DNA from: an uncultured delta proteobacterium
Lineage (GTDB): Bacteria > Desulfobacterota > RBG-13-43-22
NCBI GenBank assembly: GCA_963843145.1
Contig: CAWJJC010000020.1
Coordinates: forward strand, 713,788 to 777,787
Reading direction: 5' to 3'
Length of the DNA stretch: 64,000 bases
Part shown: piece after piece, positions 18,309 through 27,407 of the stretch
How positions within the stretch are numbered: the first letter of the stretch is position 1
Layout of the letters: each line of letters begins with the position of its first letter
Made by a program: the position numbers and the translations under genes
The notes under the pieces: model-generated
Seen by the model: only the letters and a program-made list of their open reading frames with translations
What the model was told of the DNA's origin: nothing
Databases searched by the model: none

Positions 18309-19298
18309 ATGAAAAATTCATGGCGTACTTTGGGAATCATAATCGGCTCCGGGCTACTGAGCCTGGGGCTTATGGCCGGGGCCGGCAAGGCGGAGTCCGG
18401 CCCGCGAATGCTTTTCAAAAGCCGGGCGACTGTTTCCGGTGAATGGATCCGGGTCGGCGATATAGCGGACCTCAAAGGGCTGCGGAGCGCCTTGACGGCG
18501 GAGATCAATCAATTGCCGATCAAAGAGGCTCCCGAACCCGGGGAGGCCGCGGTGGTGACCCGCGAGGAGATCGCCTCGGCCCTAGAGACCGTCCCGGAGT
18601 GGATTCGGCGGCCTTGGGAGCTCGCGCCTCAGAAAATCACCGTTATTCGAGAAGGGCGTGTCCTGGGAGCGGAAGAGATCGGTCGAATCATAGCAGGTCA
18701 TATCAGTAAGAATCTGCCTGGGGGAAATCTCCAAGTGGAGGTGCGGGAGGTGCGGAATTTCGAGGAAGTCACCCTGCCGGCGGAAGCCCGATCCTGCAAG
18801 GTTTGGATTTCGGAACCCCTGCGCAAAGGCGGATGGGTTCGAGCCAACCTGGTCTTCTACGGGAAGGGAAAAGAAATAGAACGAATGACCGTGAACGCCC
18901 AGGTGGACCTTTATCAAAAAGTGGTAGTGGCCGACCGCTACCTGAAGCGGCATCAGGAAATTCAGGCCGAGGACCTCCGGGTCATGCCCGTTAATCTTCA
19001 GCAACTGCCCCCGGATGCGGTCACCGACCCCCAGGAGGTCCTGGGGAAACGAATGATCGTCAACCTCAACGGACGGGAACCCATCCGGGCCTCCCTGCTC
19101 GAGGTCCCGCCTCTGGTTAAAAAGGGGGATGTGGTCAATGTCATCCTGGAAAGAAACAGCCTGCGGATTTCCTGCCTCGGCGAGATTAAGGAGACCGGGC
19201 GAAAAGGCGACCGGGTGAAACTGGTCAATCTCGGAAGCAAGAAAGAATTGTTCGCCCGGGTAGTAGACGCCGGCACCGTCCAACTGGATGTCAATTAA
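18309..19298 (+). CDS. flgA: P-ring formation chaperone FlgA (long form)
   Basis: Signal peptide, SAF domain, PPLVKKGD.V, G.KGD.VK..N..SKK.L.A.V. Confidence 0.85.
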   Translation: MKNSWRTLGIIIGSGLLSLGLMAGAGKAESGPRMLFKSRATVSGEWIRVGDIADLKGLRSALTAEINQLPIKEAPEPGEAAVVTREEIASALETVPEWIRRPWELAPQKITVIREGRVLGAEEIGRIIAGHISKNLPGGNLQVEVREVRNFEEVTLPAEARSCKVWISEPLRKGGWVRANLVFYGKGKEIERMTVNAQVDLYQKVVVADRYLKRHQEIQAEDLRVMPVNLQQLPPDAVTDPQEVLGKRMIVNLNGREPIRASLLEVPPLVKKGDVVNVILERNSLRISCLGEIKETGRKGDRVKLVNLGSKKELFARVVDAGTVQLDVN

Positions 19299-19310
19299 GG
19301 GAACTGAACT

Positions 19311-20000
19311 ATGACCCAATCCAAGAAAATAACCTGGGGAATCTTCATCCTGCTATCGATGGCTACCGGGGCCTGCATGCCCTTAACCTCCCACCGCTTG
19401 AATGCCACCCCGGTTGATCCGGCCCCGGCGGAGATCGCCGCCGTCTCGGAGGAGGGCTCCCTCTGGTCGGCCTCGACGGCCGCCAACCTCTTTACGGATT
19501 TAAAGGCCTCCCACGTCAATGATATCCTCACCATCAGCATCGTGGAAACAGCTTCCGCCTCGAATAACGCCTCGACCAGCCTCGACCGGCAATCCGGATT
19601 GAAGGCCGGTTGGAGCGGGATACTGGAGGCCTTCCAGCAATTAGGCATGATCAAGGAATTGGGGAATTCTCACTCAGTCGATTTCGGGAACAAATTTGAC
19701 GGCCAGGGAACCACCACCAACTCTTCTAAACTGACGGCTTTCATTACCGCCCGAGTGATCAAGGTCCGGCCCAACGGCAATTTGGTCATCCGGGGGGCCA
19801 GGGACGTGCGGGTCAATAACGAGAACCAGTATATCTATCTTCAAGGTGAAGTCCGCCCGGTAGATATCTCCTCCAGCAATGTCGTCCTGTCCACCTACAT
19901 CGCCGACGCGGTCATCGAGCTGAGCGGCTACGGGGTAATCAGCGACAAGCAGCATCCGGGTTTAGTGGCCCGACTCCTGGATTGGATCTGGCCGTTTTAG
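19311..20000 (+). CDS. flgH: Flagellar L-ring lipoprotein FlgH
   Basis: Lipobox (TGAC), GSLW, D.KA..V.DILTI, PNGNL.I.G, VRP.DI. Confidence 0.93.
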   Translation: MTQSKKITWGIFILLSMATGACMPLTSHRLNATPVDPAPAEIAAVSEEGSLWSASTAANLFTDLKASHVNDILTISIVETASASNNASTSLDRQSGLKAGWSGILEAFQQLGMIKELGNSHSVDFGNKFDGQGTTTNSSKLTAFITARVIKVRPNGNLVIRGARDVRVNNENQYIYLQGEVRPVDISSSNVVLSTYIADAVIELSGYGVISDKQHPGLVARLLDWIWPF

Positions 20001-20078
20001 TATGAAAATATATTCTGGATAAAGATCAACAGCGATACTGGATAAAAAACAATATTTCCGGAACGAAAGAAACGCTAA

Positions 20079-21320
20079 ATGGAAAACCATGTGAATAGGC
20101 CGCAGCCCGTCAACCGAACCCCGATTACTCGATTAGGCTTCACCCTCCTCCTGGTCCTGGCCCTGGCCGCCCCGGGCTGGTCGGCCCGCCTGAAAGATAT
20201 CGCCTCTATCAAGGGGATCCGCAGTAACCAATTAGTCGGTTACGGTCTGGTGGTGGGGCTGAATGGGACCGGGGACAGTTCGAACAACGTCGACTTCGCC
20301 ATCCGCTCCACTTTGAACATGCTGGAGCGTATGGGCGTTCATGTGGAACGGGAGCGTTTCTCCAACATCAAGCTTAAGAACGTAGCCGCGGTCATGGTCA
20401 CGGCCAACCTCCCGCCCTTTGCCCGTCTGGGAAGTAAGATCGATGTGGTCATCTCTTCCATTGGAGACGCTAAAAGCCTCCAAGGGGGGACCTTGCTCTT
20501 GACCCCTTTGAAAGGGGTGGACCATCAGGTCTACGCCCTGACCCAGGGTCCGATTACGGTGGGCGGGTATGTGGTTTCGGGGGGGGCTGGCGGAGGGGTG
20601 ATTAAAAACCATCCCACGGTGGCGACCATTTCCAAGGGCGCGATTATTGAGCGGGAGGTGCCGGTGCGTCTGGCGGACAAGAAAGAGCTGTTCTTGGCCC
20701 TCTATACCTCCGATTTCACCACCGCTGAAAAGGTCAAGGAGATCATCAACCGGTTTGCCGGGGCCGAAATGGCCCGATCGCTCGATTCCGGGACCATCCG
20801 GATCTCCATTCCGGAGGGTCACCAATCCAACCCGGCGGATTGGATTGCGGCCATCGAAAGGTTGGAGGTGACCCCCGATGCCCCGGCCAAAGTTGTCGTC
20901 AATGAGCGGACCGGCACCATCGTCATGGGCGAAAATGTGCGAATTTCCACGGTGGCCGTGGCCCACGGCAATCTGAGCATCCAGATCAAAGAAAATTTCA
21001 ATGTTTCCCAGCCCCTGCCCTTCGCCCCGGGCGCTCAGCCGGGAGCATCCGGCCGGGGGGTGACGCCCAGCGGCGCCCCACCTCCCGGTGGAGGCACCGG
21101 ACCGATTGTCGCCCCCGGGGGAGCCACGGTGGTCACCCCCGACTCGGATGTCTCGGTCAAAGAGGAAGGGAAAAAGTTGATGGTCGTGCCCCAGGGGGCT
21201 AATTTGGGCGAACTGGTCCAGTCGTTGAATGCCATCGGGGTGACACCCCGGGACCTGATCTCCATCCTGCAGACGATCAAGTCGGCCGGCGCCTTACAGG
21301 CGGACCTGGAAATAATCTAA
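20079..21320 (+). CDS. flgI: Flagellar P-ring protein FlgI
   Basis: RLKDIA..G.R.NQLVGYGLVVGLNGTGD, NVAAVMVTA.LPPF, NERTGTIVMG. Confidence 0.96.
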   Translation: MENHVNRPQPVNRTPITRLGFTLLLVLALAAPGWSARLKDIASIKGIRSNQLVGYGLVVGLNGTGDSSNNVDFAIRSTLNMLERMGVHVERERFSNIKLKNVAAVMVTANLPPFARLGSKIDVVISSIGDAKSLQGGTLLLTPLKGVDHQVYALTQGPITVGGYVVSGGAGGGVIKNHPTVATISKGAIIEREVPVRLADKKELFLALYTSDFTTAEKVKEIINRFAGAEMARSLDSGTIRISIPEGHQSNPADWIAAIERLEVTPDAPAKVVVNERTGTIVMGENVRISTVAVAHGNLSIQIKENFNVSQPLPFAPGAQPGASGRGVTPSGAPPPGGGTGPIVAPGGATVVTPDSDVSVKEEGKKLMVVPQGANLGELVQSLNAIGVTPRDLISILQTIKSAGALQADLEII

Positions 21321-21342
21321 ATTTTTAAGAAAAAGGGAAATA

Positions 21343-21720
21343 ATGCCGATTAACACCTTAGCCGTGAATCCGCCGCCCCTCCCGCTCCCGATGAAACCGG
21401 GCGGCAAAAAGATCGATGAAAAGAAGCTGAAGAAGGCCTCCGAAGATTTTGAGGCCCTGTTTATCAATCAGCTTCTGCAATCCATGCGTCGGACGGTCCT
21501 GAAATCCAAATTACTGGAAGACGCCCCCGGCAAGGAGGTTTATCAATCCCTGTTTGACCGGGAAATCAGTAAGAAAATGGCCCAAAAAGGGGCATTGGGC
21601 GTGGGAAAAATCATCTACCGGAACGTGCTGGAACACGAAAAGGCTCGAATGGCCCGCCCGGCGAACGGTTTGCAAATGCCTGAAAGCGGAACCTTAACTG
21701 GATCGGGAGAAAAGCCATGA
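21343..21720 (+). CDS. flgJ: FlgJ, rod-binding domain only (no muramidase domain)
   Basis: LKKASEDFEALFINQLLQSMRRT; follows flgI. Confidence 0.85.
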   Translation: MPINTLAVNPPPLPLPMKPGGKKIDEKKLKKASEDFEALFINQLLQSMRRTVLKSKLLEDAPGKEVYQSLFDREISKKMAQKGALGVGKIIYRNVLEHEKARMARPANGLQMPESGTLTGSGEKP

Positions 21721-22232
21721 GTCAGGAAACTTTAAGGGGCCAACAAGTACTGGATTGGCTGAAGACCGAAAAACAGGGGTATGAAGCTCTGTTGGCTCTT
21801 CTGGACCAGGAGTGGGAGTGTCTTAAAAGGCGGGATATCACCCAGCTCATTCCTCTGACCCGGGCCAAAGAGAGCCGGATCCTGGAGCTTCATGATCTGG
21901 CTCAAAAAATCAGGCCTTATCTGCCGTTGGAAAAAGCGGCTGACAAATATACGGAAATCGGAGGGCCAGGCGGCGGGTCACAGGCTCAAGCCTCAGACCC
22001 CCGGGAAGCCGCTCTGGCCAAGGTTCAAAAATCCATCCGGAAAATAAAAATGGATATCCAGACCCGGAATGAAAGGAACCGGCGCTATATCGAGGAGAGC
22101 TTGAGGGTCATCGAAGAGTTCTTTTCCCTCCTGGCCCCACCGCCGGATAAACCAGCCGCCTATAGCCCCTTTGAAAACCGGCGGGCCATGAACTCCGGGG
22201 GCCCTTCCTCTTTTATCAGTCGGAGTTTATAG
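21717..22232 (+). CDS. flgN: Flagellar export chaperone FlgN
   Basis: Helical protein with Y..LL.LL..E...L, N..N...I..SL; directly upstream of flgK. Confidence 0.75.
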   Translation: MSQETLRGQQVLDWLKTEKQGYEALLALLDQEWECLKRRDITQLIPLTRAKESRILELHDLAQKIRPYLPLEKAADKYTEIGGPGGGSQAQASDPREAALAKVQKSIRKIKMDIQTRNERNRRYIEESLRVIEEFFSLLAPPPDKPAAYSPFENRRAMNSGGPSSFISRSL

Positions 22233-22240
22233 GAGTCGTT

Positions 22241-23722
22241 ATGTCGGGTATCTCCTTTGTGCTCAACCTGGCCCGGGGCGCCCTGTCTGCGCAGCAGCAG
22301 GGAATCGCTGTGACCGGCCATAACATCGCCAATGTCAATACCCCCGGGTACAGCCGCCAAGTGGCTAATTTTGAAAATCTGGCCTCGGATACCACTTCCC
22401 CGATCAAGTTGGGCTACGGGGTGGTGGTGGATTCGGTCTCCCAATACTATGATCGGTTCATTACCCAAAGCCTGCAACAGCAGGAGAGCATCTTACAGGA
22501 AACCGCTACCAAGCAATCCACCCTTTCATACGTCCAGAGTCTGTTCAACGACCAGGCCGGGAATGGCCTCAGCCAGGCGCTGAACGAATTCTGGAACGGC
22601 TGGCAAGATCTGGCCAATAACCCGAGCGGTATTCCGGAGCGCACGGCCCTGCTCCAGAAGGCGGAAGCCCTGACCGAACGGTTTCACACCATCGGCAGTG
22701 ATCTCACCCGCGTCCAAAGCGAAGTCGGCAACAGCCTCCAGGCTTCCATCAACGACTTGAATAATTTAACGGGCCAGGTGGCCGATTTGAACCAGAGGAT
22801 TGTTTCCAGTGAATCCAATGGGACGACGGCCAACGATTTGCGGGATCAGCGAAATGTATTGCTGAAAAAAATATCCGGCCTGATCGAGGGCCAGACTTTT
22901 GAGTCTAAAGACGGTTCCGTGACTTTCGTGACTACCAACGGCCAGCTCCTGGTCGACCACGCCCAATCCTGGAAATTGTCTCAAAACGGTTCGTCTATTT
23001 ATTGGAACGGCGTCCCCACGGACATTAGTAGCCGCTTACAAGGAGGCAAGATCGGAGGACTTTTGGACCTCCGCGATGAGACGCTTCCCCAATACCTGGC
23101 CAACTTGGATGAACTGGCGGGGACCCTGATCAAAAATGTTAACGATATCCATGCAGCCGGTTTTAATCTACAAGGGGTGGGCGGGATCAACTTTTTCAAT
23201 GATTTCCAGACCCCTCCGAACGTTCCCAACACCGGGAATTACACCGGAGCCGCGGCTTTCATCGACTTGAGCACCGGCGCCAATGGCGTGAAAGACAACC
23301 CTGAAAACATCGCCGCGGCCGAAGCCAATTCACCCGGCCCTCCTCCGGGTCCTCTTCCGGGGGACAACCGCAACGCCCTGAAAATACTCTCCATTCAAAC
23401 TGATTCCACCTTGAGTATCAAGAAGTGGACCTACACGGATGGGGGAGCGACTACTGCCTCGGTGACCACGACCTCCACCCTGGATGATTATTATCGCACC
23501 CTGGTGGGGGACATCGGGGTCCTGACCGCGGGCGCCACGCAGCAATATGACTTTACTCAGACCAAGGTCGATAGCCTGAATGATGTCCGGGCCTCCGTCT
23601 CCGGGGTCAATCTGGATGAAGAGATGACCAAGTTGATGGAGATGCAGAGCGCTTACAAAGCAGCCGCCAAATTGGTAACGGTCTCCGACGAACTTTTTAC
23701 TACGATACTACAAATGACATAA
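22241..23722 (+). CDS. flgK: Hook-associated protein 1 FlgK
   Basis: GHNIANVNTPGYSRQ, NDLRDQR, SGVNLDEEM. Confidence 0.95.
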   Translation: MSGISFVLNLARGALSAQQQGIAVTGHNIANVNTPGYSRQVANFENLASDTTSPIKLGYGVVVDSVSQYYDRFITQSLQQQESILQETATKQSTLSYVQSLFNDQAGNGLSQALNEFWNGWQDLANNPSGIPERTALLQKAEALTERFHTIGSDLTRVQSEVGNSLQASINDLNNLTGQVADLNQRIVSSESNGTTANDLRDQRNVLLKKISGLIEGQTFESKDGSVTFVTTNGQLLVDHAQSWKLSQNGSSIYWNGVPTDISSRLQGGKIGGLLDLRDETLPQYLANLDELAGTLIKNVNDIHAAGFNLQGVGGINFFNDFQTPPNVPNTGNYTGAAAFIDLSTGANGVKDNPENIAAAEANSPGPPPGPLPGDNRNALKILSIQTDSTLSIKKWTYTDGGATTASVTTTSTLDDYYRTLVGDIGVLTAGATQQYDFTQTKVDSLNDVRASVSGVNLDEEMTKLMEMQSAYKAAAKLVTVSDELFTTILQMT

Positions 23723-23734
23723 AGGATACCCGCC

Positions 23735-24625
23735 ATGCGTATAGCCACCTCGACCCTTTTCGATAGCCTGGAACGGCGGATTCAGCAGTTGACCGAAGGC
23801 CTGAATACAGTCAATGAAAAATTGTCGTCCCAAAAGAAGATCAACCGCCCCTCCGATGACCCCTTGGGCGCAGCCTCGGCCATCGGCTACCGGAACCTGT
23901 TGTCCCAGGTGGATCAGTATGGGCGAAATCTAAATACCGGGAAATCCTGGATGGACTCCAGTGAATCCGCCCTGAGCCAATCGCAGGATGTGGTGACCCG
24001 GGCCAAAGAGATTGCGGTCCAAATGGCCAATGGCGCTCAATCAGCGGCGACCCGCAGCAACATGGCCATAGAGGTGGGCCACCTATTGGACCAGGCCATC
24101 TCCCTGGGGAACACCCAGGTCGGCGGAAAATATATTTTCGCCGGTTTCCAAACGGGAAAGGCGCCTTTCGCCAAAGTGAATAATGGGACTATCGATACGG
24201 CTCAATACAACGGAGAGGGGAATGACTTTCAGGTAGCCATCGGACAAGGCGAGACCTTGGCCATCGGACGAAACGGCCAGACCGTATTTATGAATTCCAC
24301 TCTTTTTGACACCTTGGGCGGTCTGAAGCAGGCCCTGGAGGACAATAATGTTACCGGGATTCAGCAGGCCATGACGGGGTTGGATTCCGCCCTGGATCAT
24401 TTTAACAATCAACTGGCCGACGTGGGGGCCCGGGCCAATCGCCTGGAGACCCGGCAGGGCATTTTGCAGAACATGACTTTGAATTTTACGGAACAGCTTT
24501 CCCAAGTCGAGGATGCGGATATAGCCAAGATGTCCATTGATTTGGCACAGGTGCAGATGGCCTACCAGGCGACTCTGATGACCACCGCCCAGGTAGGGAA
24601 GCTGAGCCTGATCAATTATATGTAA
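23735..24625 (+). CDS. flgL: Hook-associated protein 3 FlgL
   Basis: KKINRPSDDP, GKYIFAG, VGARANRL, SLINY. Confidence 0.93.
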   Translation: MRIATSTLFDSLERRIQQLTEGLNTVNEKLSSQKKINRPSDDPLGAASAIGYRNLLSQVDQYGRNLNTGKSWMDSSESALSQSQDVVTRAKEIAVQMANGAQSAATRSNMAIEVGHLLDQAISLGNTQVGGKYIFAGFQTGKAPFAKVNNGTIDTAQYNGEGNDFQVAIGQGETLAIGRNGQTVFMNSTLFDTLGGLKQALEDNNVTGIQQAMTGLDSALDHFNNQLADVGARANRLETRQGILQNMTLNFTEQLSQVEDADIAKMSIDLAQVQMAYQATLMTTAQVGKLSLINYM

Positions 24626-24689
24626 CCAAATATCCGGCGCCCCGCGCCCAGTGTATTTCATTTAATCGTTTTCGCCAGGGAGGGTGAAA

Positions 24690-24914
24690 ATGCTTATTTT
24701 AACGAGGAAAATAGGGGAAACCATCACCATCGGGGATCGGATCAAAATCGTGGTGGTCGATATTAAGGGCAAACAGGTCCGGTTAGGGGTTGAGGCCCCA
24801 CAGGAGACCACGATTTTTCGGGAAGAAATTTATCAAAAGATCCAGGCGGAGAACCGACTGGCGGCCCAATGGGATTTTTCCCAGTTGGATCAACTGACCG
24901 ATCGATTAAAATAA
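24690..24914 (+). CDS. csrA: Carbon storage regulator CsrA
   Basis: [15 protein letters not shown]...V.......VRLG.EAP.....FREEIY. Confidence 0.95.
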   Translation: MLILTRKIGETITIGDRIKIVVVDIKGKQVRLGVEAPQETTIFREEIYQKIQAENRLAAQWDFSQLDQLTDRLK

Positions 24915-24937
24915 CCTTGTAGACAGGACCTAGGTCA

Positions 24938-25372
24938 TTGCAGATTGAAACCAGCCGTTTTGGTACGATAGTTGTCAAAGAGGAGCAGATCTTCCACCTG
25001 CCGGAAGGGATCATCGGTTTTCCGGAGTGGACCCGCTATATCCTGATCAACCATAGAGAAGGGTCTCCCTTCCAGTGGTTTCAGTCCATAGAAAACCAGG
25101 ACTTGGCCTTCGTTTTGATGGACCCCCTGGACCTGGTTGCGGACTACGATATAGACCTATCTCCCGAAGATTCTCTCCTGCTGCAGATCGATCAACCGGT
25201 CGCGGAGATCACGGCCCTGGTGGTAGTGAATATCTCTAAACAACCGCCATCGGAAATCACGGCTAACCTCCTGGCCCCGGTGGTGATCAATTCCGGAAAA
25301 AAAATCGCCAAACAGATCATCCTCTATCAGAGCGACTATTCCGTCCGCCACCCGGTCCCCACAAAAAACTGA
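24938..25372 (+). CDS. fliW: Flagellar assembly factor FliW (CsrA antagonist)
   Basis: TSRFG, GIIGFP, PFQWFQS, TANLLAPVVIN, QIIL. Confidence 0.92.
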   Translation: MQIETSRFGTIVVKEEQIFHLPEGIIGFPEWTRYILINHREGSPFQWFQSIENQDLAFVLMDPLDLVADYDIDLSPEDSLLLQIDQPVAEITALVVVNISKQPPSEITANLLAPVVINSGKKIAKQIILYQSDYSVRHPVPTKN

Positions 25373-25396
25373 CCAAGAACTGTTGCCTCTCAAAAG

Positions 25397-25424
25397 AAAA
25401 AGCCGGCCAAAGCCGACTTTTTTT
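25397..25424. terminator. Probable bidirectional terminator between fliW and flgM
   Basis: AAAAGCCGGC-CAAA-GCCGACTTTT with A and T tracts on either side, between convergent genes. Confidence 0.65.
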
Positions 25425-25447
25425 GGGGAGGGAAGAAAAAGCAGGTA

Positions 25448-25762
25448 CTAGCTATTCAGTTCAACGAGAGACGCCTTCAACATCTTCCCGGCAAGTTCTT
25501 CACTGTTCACCTGGTAGGTTCCGGATTCCACTTTTTTCTTAAGGTCCGCCACTCTATCGGCTCGGGTATCCGGGGCCGAGAGAGCGAGCGCTTCTATCTT
25601 CTTAATCATCCTGAAGGAGGGGGATAAATCCACCCGGTCCCCAATTTGACTTTGTACCCTAGTTTCCGGATTGACCGTGCTCTGATCATTGGTGTTTACC
25701 TTGTTCTGCTGATTGACATACTGGAGGATCTGAGCCTTTTGGCCGATATCTTGAATTTTCAT
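25448..25762 (-). CDS. flgM: Anti-sigma28 factor FlgM
   Basis: DRVDLS, R.DRVA.LK..VESG.YQV...LA.KML. Confidence 0.9.
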   Translation of the reverse strand: MKIQDIGQKAQILQYVNQQNKVNTNDQSTVNPETRVQSQIGDRVDLSPSFRMIKKIEALALSAPDTRADRVADLKKKVESGTYQVNSEELAGKMLKASLVELNS

Positions 25763-25775
25763 GAACCCTACTCCT

Positions 25776-26195
25776 TTATAACAGATTATTGCTGACTATG
25801 GTCTTGGTAATGTCTATTAAACGGTTTTTCAGTTGCTCGCTGTCCATCGGGGACAGGGTATCGACGACCTCTTTGCCCGCTTGATCCATCACCTTAAATA
25901 CCAGGTATTCGTTTTCTTTTCGGTCGACCTCTAAAGGTTTCCCGTATTCCTGACTCAGCCGGTTTAGTATCTCCTGCGCTGTGCCGTTCCGTTCGGAGGT
26001 CTGGGTCAGATGATTGAGCATTTCCTGGCTGATCGTATCCACCATGTGTCGTTTACGGGCTTCACTGGATATTTTTACAAAATCATTCTGCTCCCCCTTG
26101 TCTGACTTCCGGCTTCTCGCCAGCCGACTGCCTTCGGATATCTGCTGGCTATAGGTTCGCAGGACGTTTTGTATGTGATAGCTGGTGATGACCAT
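25776..26195 (-). CDS. FlgM-associated hypothetical protein (DVU0524-like)
   Basis: I.SYHIQNVLRTY..Q, D.VKIS.EA; directly upstream of flgM. Confidence 0.75.
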   Translation of the reverse strand: MVITSYHIQNVLRTYSQQISEGSRLARSRKSDKGEQNDFVKISSEARKRHMVDTISQEMLNHLTQTSERNGTAQEILNRLSQEYGKPLEVDRKENEYLVFKVMDQAGKEVVDTLSPMDSEQLKNRLIDITKTIVSNNLL

Positions 26196-26216
26196 GATAC
26201 TTGCCTTTCACCGTCT

Positions 26217-26244
26217 ATATCGTCCAGGAGGGGGAAAAACTTTA
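26217..26244 (-). promoter_or_regulatory. Putative sigma28 promoter of the DVU0524-like/flgM unit
   Basis: Minus strand TAAAGTTT-N12-GACGATAT versus consensus TAAAGTTT-N11-GCCGATAA. Confidence 0.6.
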
Positions 26245-26252
26245 ATCTTATT

Positions 26253-26612
26253 TTAAGCGGTCAGATTCACCCAGGCGCCCTTGGGAGGCAGATCCGAGCG
26301 GGGATCGGCTTGGCAGCGATAGGCTTCAATAAAGGTCTGCCTCAAAAAAGGGGGGATCTGAAGGGGTACCTCAGGGGAAGGGTCCGGATAAGCGGTGTTG
26401 ATCCGATGGATGGGATTCGATGCTTCATAAGAAAGTCCGTCGTGCGAATTAGTTTCTAAAATAACCGCATCGGCTTCCAGGACGATCGGGTTTTTGACCT
26501 TGGGGGTCGGCGGATTCGCCCGAAGCTTTCCGGGCAGAAAGTTATAATTGTATTCCTTCCGATGGGTTGCTATCGGAAAAAAAGCGACAGGAAGTGCTTT
26601 ATTAACGGCCAT
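26253..26612 (-). CDS. Small hypothetical protein upstream of the flgM unit (start uncertain)
   Basis: Co-directional ORF ending AY...KGAWVNLTA, similar to small flagellar-associated ORFs. Confidence 0.4.
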   Translation of the reverse strand: MAVNKALPVAFFPIATHRKEYNYNFLPGKLRANPPTPKVKNPIVLEADAVILETNSHDGLSYEASNPIHRINTAYPDPSPEVPLQIPPFLRQTFIEAYRCQADPRSDLPPKGAWVNLTA

Positions 26613-26777
26613 ATTTAGAGATGCCTAAGCAAAAATCTTCCCAAATGCGCCAACCGTTTGATTAGAAAAGCCCACTTCTCTTACTACAGCAGTTAGAGTA
26701 AGATCAAAAAATAAAAAAGTCAAACTATTTTTTTAACAGATACAACCTGTTAAGCCACCCCCGGCTTTTCCATTTCT

Positions 26778-27407
26778 TTATCCTTGCTTAAAGGCCATCC
26801 CGATCAGGGGATAGACCACCATTCCTGCTAAAACCGCCGCATCTTCGGCAATTAAATACCGGGCGATGCTGGCATCGAACAAAACGTTGCCGTCCGGTGG
26901 GAACTCGTCGTCTCCGGCCCAGAGGATCAGGCAGACCGGGATCCTGGGGAAAGCCTGAAAACAGATACAGACATCCCCTTCCTCTCTTTCGACCCCGCCC
27001 TGTTGAACCCCCAATTCGGCCAGGAGCCGAGGCCGGTGGCCGAAAGTCTTGACCAGGGGCTCTTTGGCCCGCTGGACAAAAGCCGAGTAATAGAACTCGC
27101 CTGAAGGGATCTCCCGGAAAGTGATCCATTGCCCGGCCAACGGGATCCCCGGGGCCTTTAGCAGGTAATGGAGGATCAAAACCTGCTCCTGCAGGGAAAG
27201 CTCTTTGGCCGGGTCCGGTCCCTGAACCTGGCCTTCCGGCCAGGCTATGGTAATCGTCTTATCCATAAACTGAAGCTTTAGGCGAGTCCCGTCCGGTCCC
27301 TGTTGGCAGGCTGCCCCGCTGAGGACCGCCGCCTGTTGGGGGTCCTGCTTGGCCCACTCCTCCCGGGCCAGTGCCAGGGCATTCTTATAATCGTCTATTC
27401 GGGACAT
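26778..27407 (-). CDS. DUF3786-like protein
   Basis: VLILHYLL, WITFREIPSG..Y..AF, FPRIP..LILW.GD.EFP....VLFD. Confidence 0.8.
   Translation of the reverse strand: MSRIDDYKNALALAREEWAKQDPQQAAVLSGAACQQGPDGTRLKLQFMDKTITIAWPEGQVQGPDPAKELSLQEQVLILHYLLKAPGIPLAGQWITFREIPSGEFYYSAFVQRAKEPLVKTFGHRPRLLAELGVQQGGVEREEGDVCICFQAFPRIPVCLILWAGDDEFPPDGNVLFDASIARYLIAEDAAVLAGMVVYPLIGMAFKQG

Noticed and set aside
1-26612. Absence of fliC, fliD, motAB, fliFG and flgBC
   Set aside because: The window starts inside the cluster, and these genes are commonly upstream or elsewhere.
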